From positions 7,910-71,909 of the forward strand of contig DKDL01000101.1 of the NCBI GenBank assembly GCA_002449335.1: a DNA stretch of 64,000 bases. Direction: 5' to 3'. Below the pieces are notes generated by a model that saw nothing but the letters and a program-made list of their open reading frames with translations, searched no databases and was not told the origin of the DNA. Position 1 is the first letter of the stretch, and each line of letters begins with the position of its first letter. The translations under genes were made by a program, and so were the position numbers. This document shows positions 59,424 through 64,000 of the stretch, piece after piece. The stretch is from Succinatimonas sp. UBA6849. Lineage in GTDB: Bacteria; Pseudomonadota; Gammaproteobacteria; Enterobacterales; Succinivibrionaceae.

Positions 59424-59918
59424 ATGCGTGATCATGAATATTACATGACTTTAGCCTTTAAAGAAGCTTTAAAGGCTAAAGAAAAAGGAGAGATCCCTGT
59501 AGGTGCGGTTATTGTTGATCCTAATGGTGAAGTTATAGCTACAGGACACAATCAAACCATAAGTACTAATGATCCTTCAGCTCATGCAGAGATTGTCGCT
59601 CTGCGTGCATTAGGCAAGGCTGTTTCAAATTATCGCTTTCCTGACTATTCAATCTATGTAACTTTAGAGCCATGTTGTATGTGTGCTATGGCTTTAATCC
59701 ACTCAAGACTTAAAAATCTCTATTTTGGAGCTTATGACTTAAAAACTGGAGCCTGTGGTTCAGCTTTTAATTTAATCTCCAATCCTAAACATAATCATGA
59801 AATCAGGGTAGAAGGCGGAATTTTAAGAGACGAATGCTCTATGTTATTGTCTAAATTCTTTAAAGAGCGCAGACAGGCTAAAAAAGAACTGAAAAAGCAG
59901 TCAACTCAAGACTCTTAA
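59424..59918 (+). CDS. tadA: tRNA adenosine(34) deaminase
   Basis: GEIPVGAV, DPSAHAE, YVTLEPCCMC, NH. Confidence 0.95.
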   Translation: MRDHEYYMTLAFKEALKAKEKGEIPVGAVIVDPNGEVIATGHNQTISTNDPSAHAEIVALRALGKAVSNYRFPDYSIYVTLEPCCMCAMALIHSRLKNLYFGAYDLKTGACGSAFNLISNPKHNHEIRVEGGILRDECSMLLSKFFKERRQAKKELKKQSTQDS

Positions 59919-60177
59919 ACTTATTGCATTTCAACTGACAGTTAATATCTGTCGCTAATTAAAACAATTCATACTTTTGCCTTAAAGTAATCTGAACAAC
60001 TGCGTAAAAACATCTATGAACTCTGCTCAATTTGTGAACGCTTTTGTGAGATCTGACGCTAAATCAAAACTTTGATCGTTTTCATTATGCTATACTATGC
60101 AGATGAGCAGATTTAAGAATTTTCTGCATTATATAAATAATAATAACGATGTGACCTTGTTTTGAGGAGCTACAGCA

Positions 60178-61563
60178 GTGAAAACACGCAACAGCATTCG
60201 TGCAGAAATTAATGCACTATATAACGAAAGAGTAATAGGCTGGCTAAGTGATTCAGTCAAGTCTAAAAAGAATTTTGAAGCTGTAAGAATTTATTTGGGC
60301 GCTCCTACTCGTGATGAGGACGTACTGACAAATAAAGATGAGTTTGTTCGTTTCTGTAACGATTGGCACAAAGAGCTTAATGCAGGAAAAGTTGAGTTTT
60401 TAGATAAGACTTATCCTGACCTTGGAAAAATCGAAGTTCCTATTCATTTGGTTTTTGAGAAAGTTGATGAACTTGCTGCATGGGCAGGTCATCTTGTGGA
60501 GTTCCACTCAGCTCAAAACCGTCTTCAGACTGTAAAGAAAAATTTACCTGAACTTTTAGATTCTGCTGTAGAGAATATTCATGCTTTAACCACATTAGAA
60601 GATCAGGATTTTGAGCGTTTCCTACTTGTATGCAAGTGGTTATGTGCTCATAAAGATTCTTCATCAATGATCCGTCAGATCCCTGTACGTGGCGTTGATA
60701 CTTTATGGTTTGAAAAGTACAGATTTGTTGTTCTTGCATTCATGCGCAAGTACTTAGACTTAAATCCATTAAGACGTGATTTATTACAGTTAGGTTTAGT
60801 ACCACCAGCACCTACTGTACGTTTAGTTTTATTAGATAAACTTTTACGCAGTAGAGTAGGTGGTCTGCGTGATATTGGTATTACAGTAGAAGACTTAGCT
60901 AAACTAGATATCAAGCCACGCAAAGTCTTATTCTTTGATGATTTAGCTACTGCTTTATCAGTTCCTGATGTACCAGGTATGGTATGTCTGGTTTTGCCAT
61001 TCCAGACCTCAAGAGTATGTACTATTCCTTGGATTGCTCATGCTCAGTGTGCTTACGTTTCAAATATTGAAATGAAAGCTTTTGCTGTATTGAACAATCT
61101 TCGAGTTCACTTACCAAATACTAAGAGCGTAACTTTAAGTAGGGAGTTCTTTGAAGCTAATTCAGACCTTTGGTCATTTGATGATATTGAAATTGAAGAG
61201 CTCAATACCTCAATGGCATTAACTTCAACAGAAGCTACTTTATACAATATGTTAGCAGCTGGCGTCTTTGGCAGAAAAGCACGTTTACCTTTAGAGAGAA
61301 TTCCTCTATCAGAGATCTTCGGGGCACTTGATATTGAGTACAAAGAAGAGACCGTACAAGAGGAAGAAAACATAATTGATGTTCCAAAACAGGTCGCACC
61401 AGCACCAGTTAAAAGCACCGCTGCTCAGGCAACTGTTTTAACTAAAACTGAAGAAACTGCTGTAGAAAAAGCTGCTAATGATGATGAAATCAAGAAAGTA
61501 GCTGTAGAAGAGAAGAAAGGATCTTCAGATAACGCAGTTCCTACAACTGAAAATCAACAGTAA
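60178..61563 (+). CDS. Wadjet JetD-like protein (DUF3322+DUF2220-like) with degenerate Toprim motifs
   Basis: IRQIPVRGVDTLWFE hallmark, LGL...P.VRL..LD, GLRDI, PW, RLPLERI; GTG start with GAGGAG SD. Confidence 0.75.
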   Translation: MKTRNSIRAEINALYNERVIGWLSDSVKSKKNFEAVRIYLGAPTRDEDVLTNKDEFVRFCNDWHKELNAGKVEFLDKTYPDLGKIEVPIHLVFEKVDELAAWAGHLVEFHSAQNRLQTVKKNLPELLDSAVENIHALTTLEDQDFERFLLVCKWLCAHKDSSSMIRQIPVRGVDTLWFEKYRFVVLAFMRKYLDLNPLRRDLLQLGLVPPAPTVRLVLLDKLLRSRVGGLRDIGITVEDLAKLDIKPRKVLFFDDLATALSVPDVPGMVCLVLPFQTSRVCTIPWIAHAQCAYVSNIEMKAFAVLNNLRVHLPNTKSVTLSREFFEANSDLWSFDDIEIEELNTSMALTSTEATLYNMLAAGVFGRKARLPLERIPLSEIFGALDIEYKEETVQEEENIIDVPKQVAPAPVKSTAAQATVLTKTEETAVEKAANDDEIKKVAVEEKKGSSDNAVPTTENQQ

Positions 61564-61762
61564 TAATTCTCATTTTATAAGAATTGACACCGTGATATGG
61601 CATTTTTGCTATAAAATGGTGTCAATTTGTTTATGTGAAAAGGGTTTTATTCGGCTTTTGCAAAAACAAACCTTATATCATAAAAGATAAATCTAAAAGA
61701 CAGTTTTGAAGATAAAGATAAAGATCTTTTGATAGCTGTCGATATCATAAAGAGTATTTTAA

Positions 61763-62386
61763 ATGTCAGCACAATTTATCAGTGTTCACCCAGACAACCC
61801 ACAGCCACGCTTTATTAAGCAGATCTGTGAATGTCTTAATAATGGTGGAGTTGTGGTTATCCCAACAGATTCAGCTTATGCACTATGCTGCAAGCTAGAG
61901 CAAAAGCAGGCAATGGAGAGAATTGCCAGAATCAGACAGGTAGACAAACACCATAACTTTACTCTTTTATGTCGTGATCTTTCTGAATTATCAACTTATG
62001 CCAAAGTTGAAAACAGTGTATTTAGATTACTGAAAAATCATACTCCTGGAGCTTATACCTTTATTCTTCCAGCAACTAAGGAAGTGCCTCGCCGTCTGAT
62101 GAATGAAAAGAGAAAGACTATTGGTATAAGAGTGCCTAATAATGCAATCGTGGATGCGATTGTAAGTGAGTTAAATGAGCCTCTGATGAGTTGCTCTTTA
62201 ATTCTTCCAGAACATGAAGAAGCAGAGTCAGATCCTGTAACCATCAATGACGAGGTAGGTTCTGTTGTTGATATCATTGTAGATGGTGGTGTGCTGTCAC
62301 CAAGTCCTACTTCAGTGATAGTCTTCAATGACGGAGTACCTGAGATTGCACGTTACGGCTCAGGTGATGTTTCTGATTTTGAGTAA
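61763..62386 (+). CDS. yciO: Sua5/YciO/YrdC family protein
   Basis: HPDNPQPR, PTDSAYAL, HNFTLLCRDLSELSTYA, KRKTIGIRVP. Confidence 0.92.
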   Translation: MSAQFISVHPDNPQPRFIKQICECLNNGGVVVIPTDSAYALCCKLEQKQAMERIARIRQVDKHHNFTLLCRDLSELSTYAKVENSVFRLLKNHTPGAYTFILPATKEVPRRLMNEKRKTIGIRVPNNAIVDAIVSELNEPLMSCSLILPEHEEAESDPVTINDEVGSVVDIIVDGGVLSPSPTSVIVFNDGVPEIARYGSGDVSDFE

Positions 62387-62446
62387 TAATTGACTATATT
62401 GGATTAGAATTGTTACTAAAGTAATAGGTTTTAAGAGGAAAGTAAA

Positions 62447-62920
62447 TTGGATTCAGGCCTATTTAAAAGAAGAAAAGTGGCAATCAGACTGGGCTTAGGT
62501 CTGATGGTGGTTGTCATTATTTCTGATTTTTTCCTCTATCCTAGACAGTACTCCTATCCTAGCTCAGTCACAGAATACAGTACACAAGAGAATAATGAAA
62601 AAAGATATTATCTGCGTCAGCAGTTAGAGCATTCTAAGACCTATGACCAGATGAGACTGAGAGTCAGTAGCTCACAATATATAAGCCAGGAAAAGCTCTA
62701 CGACAAAGTCGATCCTAAAACACAGCAGAGCTTTCAGGAAGATACCTCAAGAAAAAGAGGCGAAAAGATCTTAGAAAAGCAGGGAATTAGTTCTGCAAGC
62801 ACAACTTCGGGCAGAACTTCAGATGGTTCTGCTTTTAAAAACAAGACAGGCAAGGTAAAAGCTAAAGGACTGTCTGACTGGATGAAACAGAACGCTCTTT
62901 TAAAAGATGATGAGAAATAG
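62447..62920 (+). CDS. Hypothetical protein with N-terminal membrane anchor
   Basis: TTG start after GAGGA SD; basic N-terminus plus hydrophobic helix. Confidence 0.55.
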   Translation: MDSGLFKRRKVAIRLGLGLMVVVIISDFFLYPRQYSYPSSVTEYSTQENNEKRYYLRQQLEHSKTYDQMRLRVSSSQYISQEKLYDKVDPKTQQSFQEDTSRKRGEKILEKQGISSASTTSGRTSDGSAFKNKTGKVKAKGLSDWMKQNALLKDDEK

Positions 62921-63167
62921 TCTTTTCAAGATCTCATTTATCAATATAAGTATCTCTTAAGCTAGTACATAATTGTATAATAAAATAAGCAAAGTTAAGA
63001 CGATACCAATTCTTACAAACCGCAGATGAAAGTGATTGATGCTCTTAATTTGAGCATCAAAATTCAAAATAATATTTATTCTTATTTTTATAGTATTTTT
63101 AACTTTTTAGAACTATACTGAAAAAGTAGGAAATAAAAACGTAACGTTAAGATTTAATTTCCAAGCA

Positions 63168-63758
63168 GTGGATATTATGAAGCATTTTTTTAAGATTACT
63201 GTTGCGACTCTAATCTCATTCTTTTCGACGGTGTTTGTAGCTAATGCAGCAGGCGTTAGTGATGAAAATGCACAGACAGAGCAGGCAATTAAAAAACAGG
63301 AATTAGATTTAAAGAGAGCTCGTTTGCGTGAATCTTTAAAACAGGATCAGGCTCATTCATTCCAGAGAAGAGCTTTTGATAAGCAGAAAAATCAAGCTGA
63401 AAACGATAAGGCTGACTACTATAATGCCTTAAGAAAGCAGGCTGATGCTGATTCATTAGTGAGTGATGAACCAGCTCCTGAAAAGACAGCTCCAGAGTTA
63501 GAAAACAATAAAGAGCAGAAAGTTGCATCACAAAGCGTCAATAATGGTCCTAGAGAAGCTGATGAGCGTACCAAGACCTTCCAAAAGTGGGTCAACAGTA
63601 ACATGATGTTAGATTCTGACTCAAAGATCTCTCACAAAGATGCTATGAAGTTTGAGCAGAAAGAAGAGCTTAAAAAGAATCTTTTAGATGGCAACTCAGA
63701 GACTGTGATTGTCAAAAAACAGTCTATAGGCAAGATTGAGAAGGTAAATAAAGAATAG
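63168..63758 (+). CDS. Hypothetical secreted, charged/coiled-coil protein
   Basis: Signal peptide ending VANA; true start may be the ATG at 63177. Confidence 0.6.
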   Translation: MDIMKHFFKITVATLISFFSTVFVANAAGVSDENAQTEQAIKKQELDLKRARLRESLKQDQAHSFQRRAFDKQKNQAENDKADYYNALRKQADADSLVSDEPAPEKTAPELENNKEQKVASQSVNNGPREADERTKTFQKWVNSNMMLDSDSKISHKDAMKFEQKEELKKNLLDGNSETVIVKKQSIGKIEKVNKE

Positions 63759-63814
63759 TAGCTCAGATGTTTTCAAAAACAGATTAAACGCAGATTTTAC
63801 AATTTCTACTTACG

Positions 63815-63845
63815 AAAAAGGCAGAACCTCAAAAGCTCTGCCTTT
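63815..63845. terminator. Terminator between convergent genes
   Basis: AAAAAGGCAGA...TCTGCCTTT. Confidence 0.7.
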
Positions 63846-63880
63846 ATTGTGTTTGTTATTTAAGATTGGTTATCTAAAGA

Positions 63881-64000
63881 TTAGATAAGTGGCATATTGT
63901 GCTTTGCACACTCTTCTCTCATCTTCTCAGGCCAGATACTTGCCTGAATTTCGCCAATATGAGCCTTGTGCAGTAGAACCATACACAGTCTGCTCTGACC
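63881..64000 (-). CDS. asnA: Aspartate-ammonia ligase, C-terminal fragment (5' part outside window)
   Basis: Manual translation [39 protein letters not shown], matching the AsnA C-terminal GQSRL..L..HIGE.Q..W signature. Confidence 0.9.
   Translation of the reverse strand, partial: GQSRLCMVLLHKAHIGEIQASIWPEKMREECAKHNMPLI

Noticed and set aside
61582..61627. AATTGACACC...GGTGTCAATT inverted repeat as operator-overlapped promoter or IS end
   Set aside because: TTGACA-to-TATAAA spacing is 20 bp, and there is no transposase or target duplication; its position after the JetD-like stop suggests a terminator hairpin
4452..63604. Numerous short ORFs in the six-frame track overlapping longer genes (e.g. 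4452-4769, 8143-8391, 42963-43280, 47614-48009, 48700-49026, 61107-61418)
   Set aside because: Antisense or alternate-frame shadows of well-supported genes, with no SD or recognisable motifs
1..64000. Prophage, integron or ICE
   Set aside because: No integrase, phage structural genes, relaxase or attC-like arrays seen; accessory genes are scattered singly among core genes

Overview
AT-rich chromosomal window from a gammaproteobacterium. The gene set (prmB-aroC, ybaB-recR-htpG, lpxK-kdsB, rnt, ytfK, ffs) and composition suggest a gut/rumen Succinivibrionaceae-like organism, which is an inference. Most of it is housekeeping and metabolic: purine salvage, tRNA/ribosome modification, a TPP-riboswitch thiC-thiDE-thiS-thiG-thiH operon, SRP RNA and alpha-2-macroglobulin-pbpC. 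Accessory material includes (i) two unannotated tandem ~225-bp repeats (51121-51767), each encoding a 20-aa hydrophobic peptide opposite a promoter-driven, hairpin-bounded antisense RNA, an Ibs/Sib-like type I toxin-antitoxin architecture; (ii) a DarT-NADAR (DarTG1-like) pair between recR and htpG whose toxin has an unusual N-terminal hydrophobic anchor and Ser-rich linker; (iii) an AbiEi/AbiEii pair with two clear operator palindromes; (iv) an intact ISL3 element with an 8-bp target duplication; (v) an orphan HTH-fused N6-adenine methyltransferase; and (vi) an orphan DotH/IcmK-like gene with a lytic transglycosylase beside two Sel1-repeat genes. Several intact ORFs look like pseudoenzymes: a JetD-like protein, an AAA-ATPase-like protein, a PP2C-like sensor, and an A2M lacking the thioester motif. 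No CRISPR array, rRNA, tRNA or prophage was seen. All family calls are by motif recognition, not database search.
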